A stretch of DNA of 64,000 nt from Clostridiales bacterium (GTDB lineage Bacteria; Bacillota; Sulfobacillia; RBS10-35): NCBI GenBank assembly GCA_018729555.1, contig JAHHQG010000026.1, positions 259,329 to 323,328 of the forward strand, given 5' to 3'. Below are positions 46,873-56,105 of the stretch, piece after piece. Position numbers and translations under genes: made by a program. The notes beneath the pieces were generated by a model. It made no database searches, had not been told where the DNA came from, and saw only the letters and a program-made list of their open reading frames with translations. Each line of letters opens with the position of its first letter. The first letter of the stretch is position 1.

Positions 46873-48016
46873 GGGGCGCCGCCTCCTGCCATTCCTCGAT
46901 GAGATGGGCCGGTACGTGGAGGTGCCGGATCCCCTTCACCTGCGGGGATTCTCCGCCCACGGTGATGAGGAGGACCCACCGGTCCCGGGCCGCCCGGTGG
47001 ACCTCCGCCAGGAGGGCGGGGTAGAGGACGGGGGTGACGACGATCCAACGGCTTTCGGGCCCCAGCTTTCGGCCTTCCTGCCGCATGAGGGCGGGGAGAG
47101 AGGTGAGGCTGTACCCGCTGATGAGGGCCAGGGACTCGTAAAGGCGCTGCCAGTGTCTGCTGCCCCTTCCCGGCCCCACCCGGATGTGGCGGGGCCCCTG
47201 GTAGACGGAGCCGTTGCTCACCAGGCCCACCGCTTCGCCCTCCAGGAGAAACCGCCGCACCAGGCCGGCTGCCACCGCGATGGCCGGCTCCAGGCGATCG
47301 GGGTCGGTCTCATACCACTGGTCGGGGCGGGTGCGGGCCTCCAAGAAAAGCACGGTGGAAGGCTGGATGGCGCTGGTGATCTTTCGCACCTGGAGCTCCC
47401 CCGTCCGGGCGGTGGCGGGCCAGTGGATGAAGCGCATGGGATCCCCCGGCTCATAGGGGCGGATGCCCACCACCCGCAACGGGTCGGGGAAGAGCCACCG
47501 CTGCTTCTCCCGGATCCCCGCCGGATCGGCGGCCGCCGCCATCTCCGCCGGGAGATCCAAGGCCCGGGGGTAGACGATGAGGCTGGCCACCGCCTCTTCC
47601 TTTTTCGAGGCGGTCTCCGCCAGGAAGGGGTGGCTCAGGGAGAGCTCCACTTCCCGCAGGACCATCCTCCCGCGGCGGAGGGGGATGGCCCGGTAGCAGC
47701 GCTCCAGGGTTTCGTAGGAACCCAACGGCCACGTGTGGCGGAGCTCCTGCCAGCCCTGGAGGTGATGGCGGGCCAGGCGGGCTCCCGCCACATGGAGGTC
47801 TTTGGGGATGACGTCCTTTGAAAAGAGCCAGGGCACCGGCAGCCACTTGCGGTTGCGGGCCCGGTAGCAGAGCTCCACTTCTTCCCCCGGGAAGGCATGG
47901 GTTTTGGCGAAGGAAGCCTCCAGCGATACGCCCTTCAAGGCCTGGCGCCGCCAGTACCAGGAGAAGGGGATGAGGACCAGGAGGACGGCCGCAAAGAGGA
48001 TCCAGGGCAGGGCCAT
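46859..48016 (-). CDS. DUF58 domain protein (vWA-like, MoxR-associated)
   Basis: N-terminal TM helix. Contains GIRPYEPGDPMRFIHWPATARTGELQVRK. Confidence 0.88.
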   Translation of the reverse strand: MALPWILFAAVLLVLIPFSWYWRRQALKGVSLEASFAKTHAFPGEEVELCYRARNRKWLPVPWLFSKDVIPKDLHVAGARLARHHLQGWQELRHTWPLGSYETLERCYRAIPLRRGRMVLREVELSLSHPFLAETASKKEEAVASLIVYPRALDLPAEMAAAADPAGIREKQRWLFPDPLRVVGIRPYEPGDPMRFIHWPATARTGELQVRKITSAIQPSTVLFLEARTRPDQWYETDPDRLEPAIAVAAGLVRRFLLEGEAVGLVSNGSVYQGPRHIRVGPGRGSRHWQRLYESLALISGYSLTSLPALMRQEGRKLGPESRWIVVTPVLYPALLAEVHRAARDRWVLLITVGGESPQVKGIRHLHVPAHLIEEWQEAAPRVQR

Positions 48017-48029
48017 GGGCCTTTCCCTC

Positions 48030-49001
48030 CTAGTGGGCTTCCGTGGGGGCCGGCACCTTGTCCAAAAGCTCCCGGACGATTTCCGCCCCCGTCTTTCCCT
48101 CCAGCTCCGCCTCCGGGGAGAGGATCAGGCGGTGGGCCAGGACGGGAACCGCCAGGTCGGCCACATCCTCGGGGACGACGTAGGGCCGGCCCCGGAGGGC
48201 CGCCAGGGCCTGGGTCGCCCGCAAAAGGGCGATGGCCGCCCGGGGGCTGGCCCCCAAGCGGATCTCCCGGTGGGTGCGGGAGGCTCGCACCAGGTCCACC
48301 ACATACCCCTGGACGTCGGGGTGGACGGCCACCTCCCGCGTGGCTTGGGCCAGCCGGGGAAGCTCCTCCGCCGCCACCACGGGCTTGAGAGCGGGCAGGA
48401 CATCCTCTGCCCCTTCCCGCCGGGCCACCCGCGCCAGCATCTCCCGCTCCGCCTCGGCCGAGGGATAGCCCGGGGAGAGGCGAAGGAGAAAGCGGTCCAG
48501 CTGGGCTTCGGGGAGGGGGAAGGTGCCCTCCTGCTCCACGGGGTTTTGGGTGGCCAGGACGAAGAAGGGGGAGGGGAGGGGCCGGGTGACGCCGTCGGAC
48601 GTCACCTGCCGCTCCTGCATCGCCTCCAGGAGGGCTGCCTGGGTGCGGGGGGTGGCCCGGTTGATCTCATCCGCCAGGATGACGTGGGCGAAGATGGGCC
48701 CGGGGCGGAACTGAAAGCGGCCTTCCCCCGGGTGGAAGACGTTCACCCCCACCACGTCGGATGGGAGAAGGTCAGGGGTAAACTGGATGCGGCGGAAGAC
48801 GGCCCCCTCCATGCTCTGGGCCACCGTCTGGGCCAAGCGGGTTTTCCCCACTCCCGGCACATCTTCGAGGAGGATGTGGCCTTCCGCCAAAAGGCCCACG
48901 GCCATCAGGAGGGCCGTCTCTTCCTGCCCCACCAGGGTCTTGGCCACGTGGTTCACGAGCGCCTCGCCAAACGACTGGATGTCTTGGATGCGGTCGGACA
49001 A
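48030..49001 (-). CDS. MoxR family AAA+ ATPase
   Basis: Contains GHILLEDVPGVGKTRLAQ, ILADEINRATPRTQAALLEAMQE, ATQNP and SPRAAIALLRA. TTG start. Confidence 0.93.
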   Translation of the reverse strand: MSDRIQDIQSFGEALVNHVAKTLVGQEETALLMAVGLLAEGHILLEDVPGVGKTRLAQTVAQSMEGAVFRRIQFTPDLLPSDVVGVNVFHPGEGRFQFRPGPIFAHVILADEINRATPRTQAALLEAMQERQVTSDGVTRPLPSPFFVLATQNPVEQEGTFPLPEAQLDRFLLRLSPGYPSAEAEREMLARVARREGAEDVLPALKPVVAAEELPRLAQATREVAVHPDVQGYVVDLVRASRTHREIRLGASPRAAIALLRATQALAALRGRPYVVPEDVADLAVPVLAHRLILSPEAELEGKTGAEIVRELLDKVPAPTEAH

Positions 49002-49075
49002 AGGGAAAAGCCCCCGTTTCCTTGGTTAAATCTCCATCCCTCCTATTTTAGCCAAGAGAAACGGGAACGGCAGGC

Positions 49076-49483
49076 CTAGTCCTCCCCTTCCCCCTCGGCC
49101 TCCCCGAAGGGGCCGGCCTCAAGGATAGCCTCCCATTCTTCCGGGAGCTGGGCCCGAAGCTTCTCCCACTGGCCTTCGCTCACCGCCCCCCGCAGCACAT
49201 CCATGACGGCGCGGATGTGGTAGGCTGCCCGGGGCGGATCGGCCACTTCCCGCTCCGCCACCCGGTTCACCAGCTCTTCCGGGGAGAAGCGCTGGGGTCC
49301 CCGGCCTTCCAGGAGGTAGCGCCCGATCTCCCGCGGAAGCTGGGCCGCCAGGTTCTCCGCCATGTCGGGGGTGAGGCGGTCTGCTAAGGTGGTGAGGGTG
49401 GCGCGGATGGCCGCCACCGCTTCGCCGGTGGAGCCGAGACGAGCCTTATGCTGCACTTCGCCGACAAATTGATCGTAGTTCAT
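49076..49483 (-). CDS. DUF2267 domain protein
   Basis: Contains MNYDQFVGEVQHKARLGSTGEAVAAIRATLTTLADRL and a second repeat with AAYHIRAVMDVLRGAVSEGQWEKLRAQLP. ATG 49483 lies within the longer ORF that opens at 49621. Confidence 0.8.
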   Translation of the reverse strand: MNYDQFVGEVQHKARLGSTGEAVAAIRATLTTLADRLTPDMAENLAAQLPREIGRYLLEGRGPQRFSPEELVNRVAEREVADPPRAAYHIRAVMDVLRGAVSEGQWEKLRAQLPEEWEAILEAGPFGEAEGEGED

Positions 49484-49514
49484 GGCCGCAGTATGCTCCC
49501 GCCAGGACCTTTTC

Positions 49515-49901
49515 ATGCAGCAAGGAGGCGATGGCTTGGAACCTTTGGCTCGGCAATGGCTGCAAGACCAGCTGGACCGGAGGCAGGGCCAGACCTGGTA
49601 CGTGCATCTAGAGACCACCATGGGGGCTTACACCAAGGGAAGCTACGGCCTTTTCGCCCGCAACGCCCGCTGGACCCTGAATCGAGGTCATGTGGCGGGC
49701 GGGGAGGGTGGAAAGCCCTTCCGGGTGGCCCTCTCCGGCCCCGAAGGCTGGATCTGGGTGGAGGGTTTGACCCACGGTCAGGTGGATGAGGAGGGTCGCC
49801 TCCTTCTCATGGGCCAGGACGACAAGGGCCGCCTGACGGTGGCCCTGGAACTCTCGCCCGTCCCGTTCCCTGTCGTGAAGGAGGAGGATTTCCATGAGTA
49901 G
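49515..49901 (+). CDS. yojF: YojF-like protein (DUF1806)
   Basis: WYVHLETTMGAYT...PFRVALSGPEGWIWVEGLTH..DEEGRLLLMG matches my memory of Bacillus YojF. It lies directly upstream of, and overlaps, a BshB2-like gene, as in Bacillus. The start (49482 or 49515) is uncertain. Confidence 0.65.
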   Translation: MQQGGDGLEPLARQWLQDQLDRRQGQTWYVHLETTMGAYTKGSYGLFARNARWTLNRGHVAGGEGGKPFRVALSGPEGWIWVEGLTHGQVDEEGRLLLMGQDDKGRLTVALELSPVPFPVVKEEDFHE

Positions 49902-50619
49902 CCCCCGCATCAGCCGCTTGAAGCTCCCCCGTCCTGGCCGTCTCCTGGCGGCCTATCCCCATCCCGACGACGAATCCTTCGCCTGCGCCGGCCTTGTGAG
50001 ACGCCATACGGAAGCCGGTTATCCTGCCACCCTCCTCATGGGTACCCGGGGCGAGCTGGGCCGCAACATGGGGTTTCCTCCCATAGCCAATCGGGAGACT
50101 CTCCCGGCCATCCGGGAAAAGGAGCTGGCGGAAGCTGCCCGCATGGCGGGGTACCAGGAGGTCCTTTTCCTCGGCGGTCACGACCGGCTCCTGGAGTTTT
50201 TGCCCCGTCGTCCTCTGGTGACCCGGATCCTGCAGATCCTCCGGGCCAAAAAGCCCTCCCTCATCCTCACCTTCCACCCCCGCTTCGGGAACCATCCCGA
50301 CCACAACGCCATGGGCTCCCTGGTGACGGAGGCGGTCCTTCTCTGGGAGAAGGAGGGAGGCGACCCCATCCTCCTCTACAACGCCGGCCCCCGCCGGCCC
50401 AAGGATGTGGACCTTCCCCGCTTGACGGTGAACGTGGAAGCTTACCGGGACGTGAAGAAAAAGGCGCTCCAGGCCCATCTCACCCAGACGTCGTCCTGGA
50501 TGAAGGACCTGGAGGCCGATCCCCGGGAGAGGGTCCGCTGGGAGAGGCGCCTCCGCTACGAGCGCTTCTGGGTAGCCCGGGGACCCCGAGGCTGGATGAC
50601 CTCCAACCCGCCCATGTAA
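49894..50619 (+). CDS. bshB2: PIG-L family deacetylase (bacillithiol biosynthesis BshB2-like)
   Basis: LAAYPHPDDESFACAG and HPDHNAM motifs. ATG follows GAAGGAGGAGG. It is the yojF neighbour. Confidence 0.8.
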   Translation: MSSPRISRLKLPRPGRLLAAYPHPDDESFACAGLVRRHTEAGYPATLLMGTRGELGRNMGFPPIANRETLPAIREKELAEAARMAGYQEVLFLGGHDRLLEFLPRRPLVTRILQILRAKKPSLILTFHPRFGNHPDHNAMGSLVTEAVLLWEKEGGDPILLYNAGPRRPKDVDLPRLTVNVEAYRDVKKKALQAHLTQTSSWMKDLEADPRERVRWERRLRYERFWVARGPRGWMTSNPPM

Positions 50620-51851
50620 GGCCTTAAAGCGGGGGGGATGTAGATGCTCCCGTCCTCCCGCTGGTGGTTTTCCAAAAGAGCGATGAGGAGCCGGGGGGAG
50701 GCCGCCAGGGTGTTGTTGAGGGTGTAGGCGTACCGGGGCTTTCCCCCCTCCAGATAGCGGATGCCGCTCCTTCGGGCTTGGAAATCGTAGAAGCTGGAGC
50801 AGGAATGGGTCTCGCCGTAGGATCCCCGGCTGGGCATCCACGTTTCGATGTCGTGCTTTTCCACCTGCCCCTGGCCCATATCCCCCGTGCAGACGTGGAC
50901 CACCCGGTAGGGGAGCTCCAGCTTTTGCAAGAGATCTTCGGCGTTTTGCAAGAGCTCCATGTGGAGCTGGTGGGAAAGCTCCGGGTCCGCCGGCGCGATG
51001 ATGACCTGCTCCACCTTCATGAACTGATGCACCCGGTAGAGACCCCGGACATCTTTCCCGGCGCTCCCCACTTCCCGGCGGAAGCACGGGGAGATCCCCG
51101 CCAGGCGAAGGGGGAGCTCCTCTTTGGGGATGATCTCCTGCTGGCGGGAAGCCACCAGGGAGACTTCCGATGTGCCGATGAGGAAAAGATCATCCCGCTG
51201 GAGGTGGTAGACTTCCTCCCGGCCTAAGGGGAAGTACCCCGTGCCCACCATGGCCTCCTCCCTTACCATGACGGGCACCGACATGGGGGTGTAGCCCCGC
51301 TCCCGGAGGAGATCCAGGGCCATCTGCATGAGGGCCATCTCCAAAAAGACGGCCATGTTCTTCAGGATGTAGCTCCGGCTCCCGGCGAATTTCACCGCCC
51401 GCTCGATTTCCACGGCGTCATGGAGCTCCAGGAGCTCCATATGGTCCCGCGGGGGGAAGGCAAAGGACGGGATCTCGCCCACCCGCCGGATCTCCACGTT
51501 GTCGTCGGCGCTTTCCCCCACAGGGGTGCCGGGGGCCGGGGGATTGGGCAGCCGGAGGAGGAGATCGCGCCAGGCCTCTTCCACGTCCCGCAGGCGGGGC
51601 TCCTTTTCCTCCAGCTCCTTCTTGATGGCGGCCGCCCGCTGGAGGGCTTGCGGCCGCTGGGAAGGGTCCAGGCGGGGGATGGCCTGGGAAAGGTCGTTTC
51701 GCTCCTGGCGGAGCTTTTCCACCTCCTGTATGAGCTTGCGCCGCTCTTCATCTAAGCCGAGGAAGGCATCCACATCCACCGGGATGCCCTTCACCCGGGC
51801 GGCTTCTTTGATGATCTCCGGATGGTTTCTCACCAGCTCCAGGTCCAGCAA
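50556..51851 (-). CDS. serS: serine--tRNA ligase
   Basis: MLDLELVRNHPE start, a coiled-coil arm and class II motifs (FRRE, GTGYFPL, TLNNTLAASPRLLIALLENHQ). TTG start after GGGGAGGG. The 3' end overlaps the convergent bshB2-like gene by 64 nt. Confidence 0.96.
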   Translation of the reverse strand: MLDLELVRNHPEIIKEAARVKGIPVDVDAFLGLDEERRKLIQEVEKLRQERNDLSQAIPRLDPSQRPQALQRAAAIKKELEEKEPRLRDVEEAWRDLLLRLPNPPAPGTPVGESADDNVEIRRVGEIPSFAFPPRDHMELLELHDAVEIERAVKFAGSRSYILKNMAVFLEMALMQMALDLLRERGYTPMSVPVMVREEAMVGTGYFPLGREEVYHLQRDDLFLIGTSEVSLVASRQQEIIPKEELPLRLAGISPCFRREVGSAGKDVRGLYRVHQFMKVEQVIIAPADPELSHQLHMELLQNAEDLLQKLELPYRVVHVCTGDMGQGQVEKHDIETWMPSRGSYGETHSCSSFYDFQARRSGIRYLEGGKPRYAYTLNNTLAASPRLLIALLENHQREDGSIYIPPALRPYMGGLEVIQPRGPRATQKRS

Positions 51852-52003
51852 TGACGGTCCCTCCCCGATGTTTTCCTGCCGTTCCTGCTTTTTTGCATTC
51901 TATCCTTTCGTCGCAGATCAGGCAGGTTCTGTGTTACCCTGAACATACCAAGGGTCCTTCGTGTAACCCAATCCAGCTGACATGTCGAGGGGGGCGTTGA
52001 AGG

Positions 52004-52255
52004 ATGGCAGGCAGGACGGAATTTGTGGCCGGTCTTTTTGTGGGGGCTGCTCTGGGAGCCGTGCTGGGCCTTCTTTTGGCTCCCGAACCGGGCAGCGAAG
52101 TCCGCCGCCGCCTGGCGGAACGGGGCCGGCAGGTCGGGGAAAAGGCGCTGGAGTCGGTGAAAGAGAAGGCCGCCTCCCTGCGGGAAACGGCGGAGGATTG
52201 GGCGGAAGCTGCCCGCGGGCGCTGGCACGAAGTGACGGACGAAGGCCAAGGTTAA
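52004..52255 (+). CDS. YtxH domain protein
   Basis: GLFVGAALGAVLGLLLAPEPGSEVRRRLAE is the YtxH signature. 83 aa. Confidence 0.8.
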   Translation: MAGRTEFVAGLFVGAALGAVLGLLLAPEPGSEVRRRLAERGRQVGEKALESVKEKAASLRETAEDWAEAARGRWHEVTDEGQG

Positions 52256-52258
52256 ACC

Positions 52259-52681
52259 ATGGAGGAACGCTGGCTCCTCTACCTTCTGGCCGTAGCGGTG
52301 ATCCTCCAGGTGCTGATGCTCCTCGTCCTGGGGATCATGGCTTACCGGGTGGTGCGGCTGCTGGGCGTTCTCCAGGAGCAGCTGAAGATGACCCTCAGGA
52401 AGGTGGAGGAGGAAGTAGCCGCCGCCGGAGAGGAAGTCCGCCGCCTGGCTCGCGGTGGCCAGCGTTTCTTTGCCACCGGCACCCAGATGGTGGACCGGGT
52501 GGCTTTGGCCTTCTCCCTCGGCCGCCTGATCCGGGGACGCGGTCCCGGCCGCCTCTGGCAGGTGGCAGGCCTCGTGGCGGGGGCCCTCCCGGGCATCCTG
52601 AGGGCGGCCCGTCCCTGGGCCGGATGGCTGGAGCGCCGGCGGAGGCGCGGGGAAGGGAAGGAGAAGGGGTCTTCCGTTTAG
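52259..52681 (+). CDS. membrane-anchored coiled-coil protein, DUF948-like
   Basis: N-terminal TM helix followed by a helical E/R/L-rich region. It starts 3 nt after the YtxH stop, a common YtxH/DUF948 pairing. Confidence 0.55.
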   Translation: MEERWLLYLLAVAVILQVLMLLVLGIMAYRVVRLLGVLQEQLKMTLRKVEEEVAAAGEEVRRLARGGQRFFATGTQMVDRVALAFSLGRLIRGRGPGRLWQVAGLVAGALPGILRAARPWAGWLERRRRRGEGKEKGSSV

Positions 52682-52703
52682 GGCATGGGCGTCGGCAAAA
52701 AGA

Positions 52704-52724
52704 GCGGCAGGTGAAACCTGCCGC
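52704..52724. terminator. bidirectional rho-independent terminator candidate
   Basis: GCGGCAGG-TGAAA-CCTGCCGC, flanked by CAAAAAGA upstream and TCCTTCCTTTCT downstream, between convergent genes. Confidence 0.6.
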
Positions 52725-52766
52725 TCCTTCCTTTCTGCGCCCCTTCCCCGTCTCTACTGCTCTCGG

Positions 52767-54221
52767 TTAACCCACAGACCCTTCCATCTCCAGTTCGATG
52801 AGCCGGTTCAGCTCGATGGCGTACTCCATGGGGAGCTCCTTTCGGAAGGGTTCCACGAATCCCTGGACGATCATCTTGGCGGCCTCCGTCATGCTGATGC
52901 CCCGGCTCATGAGGTAGAACAGCTGCTCTTCGCTGATCTTGGAGACGGAGGCCTCGTGCTCCATCTGCATGTCGTGCTCCTGGATCTCCATGTAGGGGAT
53001 GGTGTCGGATGCCGACTCGGGATCCAGGATGAGGGCATCGCACTCCACCCGGGACTTGCAACCCACAGAGCCCTTGGGCACCTTCACCAGGCCCCTATAG
53101 GTGGTCCGCCCGCCCTTCAGGCTGATGGACTTGGAGATGATCATGGAGCTGGTGTAGGGGGCGCTGTGGATCATCTTGGCCCCCGCATCCTGGTGCTGAC
53201 CCTTCCCGGCGAGGGCGATGGAGATGACCTCGCCCCGGGCCCGGGGGCCCAGGAGGAAGACGCTGGGGTACTTCATGGTGACTTTGGACCCCAGGTTCCC
53301 GTCCACCCACTCCATGGTGGCGTCCTCATAGGCGAAAGCCCGCTTGGTCACCAGATTGTAGACGTTGTGGGACCAGTTCTGGATGGTGGTGTATCGGCAC
53401 CGGGCCCCCTTCTTGACGATGATCTCCACCACCGCCGCGTGGAGGGAAGCGCTGGAATAGGTGGGGGCGGTGCAGCCTTCCACGTAATGGACGAAGGAAC
53501 CCTCCTCGCAGATGATGAGGGTCCGCTCGAACTGGCCCATGTTTTCCGTGTTGATGCGGAAGTAGGCCTGCAGAGGGATGTCCACCCGCACCCCCTTGGG
53601 GACGTAGACGAAGGACCCCCCGGACCATACGGCGCTGTTGAGGGCGGCGAACTTGTTGTCGTTGGGGGGCACCACCGTACCGAAGTACTGGCGGACCAGA
53701 TCGGGGTACTCCTTCACCGCCGTATCCATATCGGTGAAGATGACCCCTTTCTTTTTGAGGTCCTCCCGCACGCTGTTGTAGACCACTTCCGACTCGTACT
53801 GGGCCGAGACCCCCGCCAGATACTTGCGCTCGGCCTCGGGGATGCCCAGCCGGTCGAAAGTCCGTTTGATGCTCTCGGGAACTTCATCCCAGCTGCGGCC
53901 CTTCTTCTCCGTCGCCCGCACGTAGTAGCGCATGTCGTTGAAGTTCAGCTCATCCAGGTTGGCCCCCCAGCGGGGAAGGGGCTTTCTCTGGAAGATTTCG
54001 AAGGCCCGCAGCCGGAACTCCCGCATCCAATCGGGTTCTCCTTTCATGCGGGAGATGTTCTCCACGATCTCCCGGGTGAGGCCCCGATCGCTCTTAAAGG
54101 CGTAGTAGTCTTCCTCGTCGCGGAACCCGTACTTGTATTCCAGGTCGATGCCCAGTTCCTTGGCCACGCCCACACCCCTTTTCAATCCAAAGTGATCCAC
54201 TCGGAATTCTGCCCTCAGCAT
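52767..54221 (-). CDS. sufB: Fe-S cluster assembly protein SufB
   Basis: Contains [21 protein letters not shown], the long beta-helix region and the C-terminus [25 protein letters not shown] 54221 lies within an 860-aa ORF whose upstream 376 codons look non-coding. Confidence 0.93.
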   Translation of the reverse strand: MLRAEFRVDHFGLKRGVGVAKELGIDLEYKYGFRDEEDYYAFKSDRGLTREIVENISRMKGEPDWMREFRLRAFEIFQRKPLPRWGANLDELNFNDMRYYVRATEKKGRSWDEVPESIKRTFDRLGIPEAERKYLAGVSAQYESEVVYNSVREDLKKKGVIFTDMDTAVKEYPDLVRQYFGTVVPPNDNKFAALNSAVWSGGSFVYVPKGVRVDIPLQAYFRINTENMGQFERTLIICEEGSFVHYVEGCTAPTYSSASLHAAVVEIIVKKGARCRYTTIQNWSHNVYNLVTKRAFAYEDATMEWVDGNLGSKVTMKYPSVFLLGPRARGEVISIALAGKGQHQDAGAKMIHSAPYTSSMIISKSISLKGGRTTYRGLVKVPKGSVGCKSRVECDALILDPESASDTIPYMEIQEHDMQMEHEASVSKISEEQLFYLMSRGISMTEAAKMIVQGFVEPFRKELPMEYAIELNRLIELEMEGSVG

Positions 54222-54275
54222 ACACCAAAACGAAAGCCATCGCATCCCTTTCCGGCGCCATGGTATCATCAGGCC

Positions 54276-54590
54276 ATGGACGGGAGCTTCTTTCGCCGGC
54301 GGGCTTTCCTGGCGGTGGTGGAGGTGCGCCTTCCGCGCTGGCGCTTTTGGATCCCCATACCTTTGAGCCTCTTGGAGGATATGGTGCTCCTGGCGGCTCT
54401 GGGAAGCTCCCTCATCGGCCGGTTTCTCGACCGCCATCCCTTTCCCGTCACCGTGAAAGCCAAAGGGGGCTTCGCCCTTTACCGCGCCGGCATGGCCTTT
54501 TTGCGGGAAATCCGGCGGGCGGGACCCCAGGTCTGGTTCCTCATCCATGCAGCAGAGGATCAGTTTCACCTTGCCGTCCGCACCTTCTGA
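54276..54590 (+). CDS. hypothetical small protein
   Basis: 104 codons starting at ATG 54276, with strong G/C third-position bias, in the gap between divergent sufB and acpS. It overlaps the annotated acpS start by 44 nt. Confidence 0.4.
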   Translation: MDGSFFRRRAFLAVVEVRLPRWRFWIPIPLSLLEDMVLLAALGSSLIGRFLDRHPFPVTVKAKGGFALYRAGMAFLREIRRAGPQVWFLIHAAEDQFHLAVRTF

Positions 54591-54969
54591 CGCCTTTTTC
54601 CGCATCGGCATCGATGTGGTGGCGGTGGAGCGCATGGACCGCCTGGTGACGCGCCACCCGCGGGCGGTGGTGCGCCTCTTTACCGAAAGGGAGCGGGCCC
54701 TCTTTCGGGGGCCCTTTCGCTTGCAGCGGATGGCGGGCATCTTTGCCGCCAAGGAGGCGGTGTGGAAGTGCCTGGGGCGCGGCTTTCGCGGCATGACCTT
54801 CCACGACGTGGAGATCCTCCGGGACGGCGAGGGAAAGCCCCTCCCCGTCCTCTCCGGGGGAGCCGCGGAAAGGGCCAGGGAGCTGGGGATCCAGGGGCTG
54901 GAGGTCAGCATCACCCATGAAGCGTCCCTGGCCATGGCCCAGGCCATCGCGTGGGGAGGGTTGTCTTGA
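54547..54969 (+). CDS. acpS: holo-[acyl-carrier-protein] synthase
   Basis: Contains [38 protein letters not shown] and ISITHE. The start is ATG 54547 or TTG 54571. Confidence 0.88.
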   Translation: MQQRISFTLPSAPSDAFFRIGIDVVAVERMDRLVTRHPRAVVRLFTERERALFRGPFRLQRMAGIFAAKEAVWKCLGRGFRGMTFHDVEILRDGEGKPLPVLSGGAAERARELGIQGLEVSITHEASLAMAQAIAWGGLS

Positions 54970-56105
54970 GGGATCGGGGCTGGATCGAGATCGACCATCG
55001 GGCTCTTCGCCACAACGTGAAGCTCATCCGCCGCACCATCGGGGCCAGCCGGCTCCTGGCGGTGGTGAAAGCCGACGGCTACGGCCACGGGGCAGGGGAG
55101 GTGGCCCGTACCCTTCTTGCCGCCGGAGCCTACGGTCTGGCGGTGGCCTCGGTGGAAGAAGCCCTGGCCCTGCGGGAAGCGGGGATCGAGGGCTTTCTCT
55201 TGGTGATGGGCTACACTCCGCGGGAGGCGGTGGCGGACGTCATGGCCCGGGGCATTTCCGTCGCCCTTCTGGATGGGGACCACGGCCGGGAGCTGGAGGA
55301 GGCGGCCCGGGTCCAGGTGGAAGAGGGGTCGCCCCCCCTTGCCGTCCACCTGAAGGTGGATACGGGCATGAGCCGGCTGGGGGTCCTCCCCGAAGGAACC
55401 GCCGGGGAGGCGGTGGCCCTGCTGGCCTCATCCCCTTACCTCAAGTGGGAAGGGACCTTCACCCACCTGGCCCGGGCCGACGAGGCCGATCCGGGACCGA
55501 CGAACCATCAGCTCCATCGCTTCCAGGCCTTTCTCCAGAGCCTTCGCCAAAGGGGCCTCCATCCCGGCCTCATCCATGCCGCCAACACCGGGGCCGCCCT
55601 TCGGTTTCAGAAAGCCCGTTTCGATGCGGTGCGGGTGGGCATCGGCCTTTACGGGTATATGCCCTCGCCGGATCTCTTCCACCCTGGCCTAAAGCCGGTG
55701 ATGGCGGTGAAGAGCCGCCTCGTCCAGGTGAAAAAGCTCCCTCCCGGAACGCCCGTGAGCTACGGAGGCACCTACGTCACCCAGGGCGAGGAATGGGTGG
55801 GGGTGGTCCCCCTGGGCTATGCGGAAGGGATCCCCCGCCTCCTCAGCAACCGAGGTGCGTTTCTCTGGAGGGGTCAGCGGGTTCCCATCCGGGGGCGGGT
55901 GTGCATGAACCTCACGGTGGTGGGGCTTCCCCAGGAAGGACGGCGGGGCGATGAAGTGGTGCTCCTTGGAAAGCAGGGCGAAGACGTCCTTCATGCCTGG
56001 GAGTGGGCCTCCTGGGCGGAGACCATTCCCTACGAGATTCTGACGGGGTTTGGCGGGCGCCTTCCCCGCTATCATGTAGGAAAGGAAGAGGAGGGTGGGT
56101 CTTGA
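54966..56105 (+). CDS. alr: alanine racemase
   Basis: Contains [35 protein letters not shown] and YGG. TTG 54966 follows GGGGAGGG and forms a TTGA overlap with the acpS stop. The ORF opens at GTG 54951. Confidence 0.93.
   Translation: MRDRGWIEIDHRALRHNVKLIRRTIGASRLLAVVKADGYGHGAGEVARTLLAAGAYGLAVASVEEALALREAGIEGFLLVMGYTPREAVADVMARGISVALLDGDHGRELEEAARVQVEEGSPPLAVHLKVDTGMSRLGVLPEGTAGEAVALLASSPYLKWEGTFTHLARADEADPGPTNHQLHRFQAFLQSLRQRGLHPGLIHAANTGAALRFQKARFDAVRVGIGLYGYMPSPDLFHPGLKPVMAVKSRLVQVKKLPPGTPVSYGGTYVTQGEEWVGVVPLGYAEGIPRLLSNRGAFLWRGQRVPIRGRVCMNLTVVGLPQEGRRGDEVVLLGKQGEDVLHAWEWASWAETIPYEILTGFGGRLPRYHVGKEEEGGS

Noticed and set aside
54222-55349. An upstream 376 codons of the 860-aa ORF containing sufB.
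   Set aside because: This part is antisense to acpS and alr and has no SufB-like sequence. The SufB N-terminus aligns from ATG 54221.
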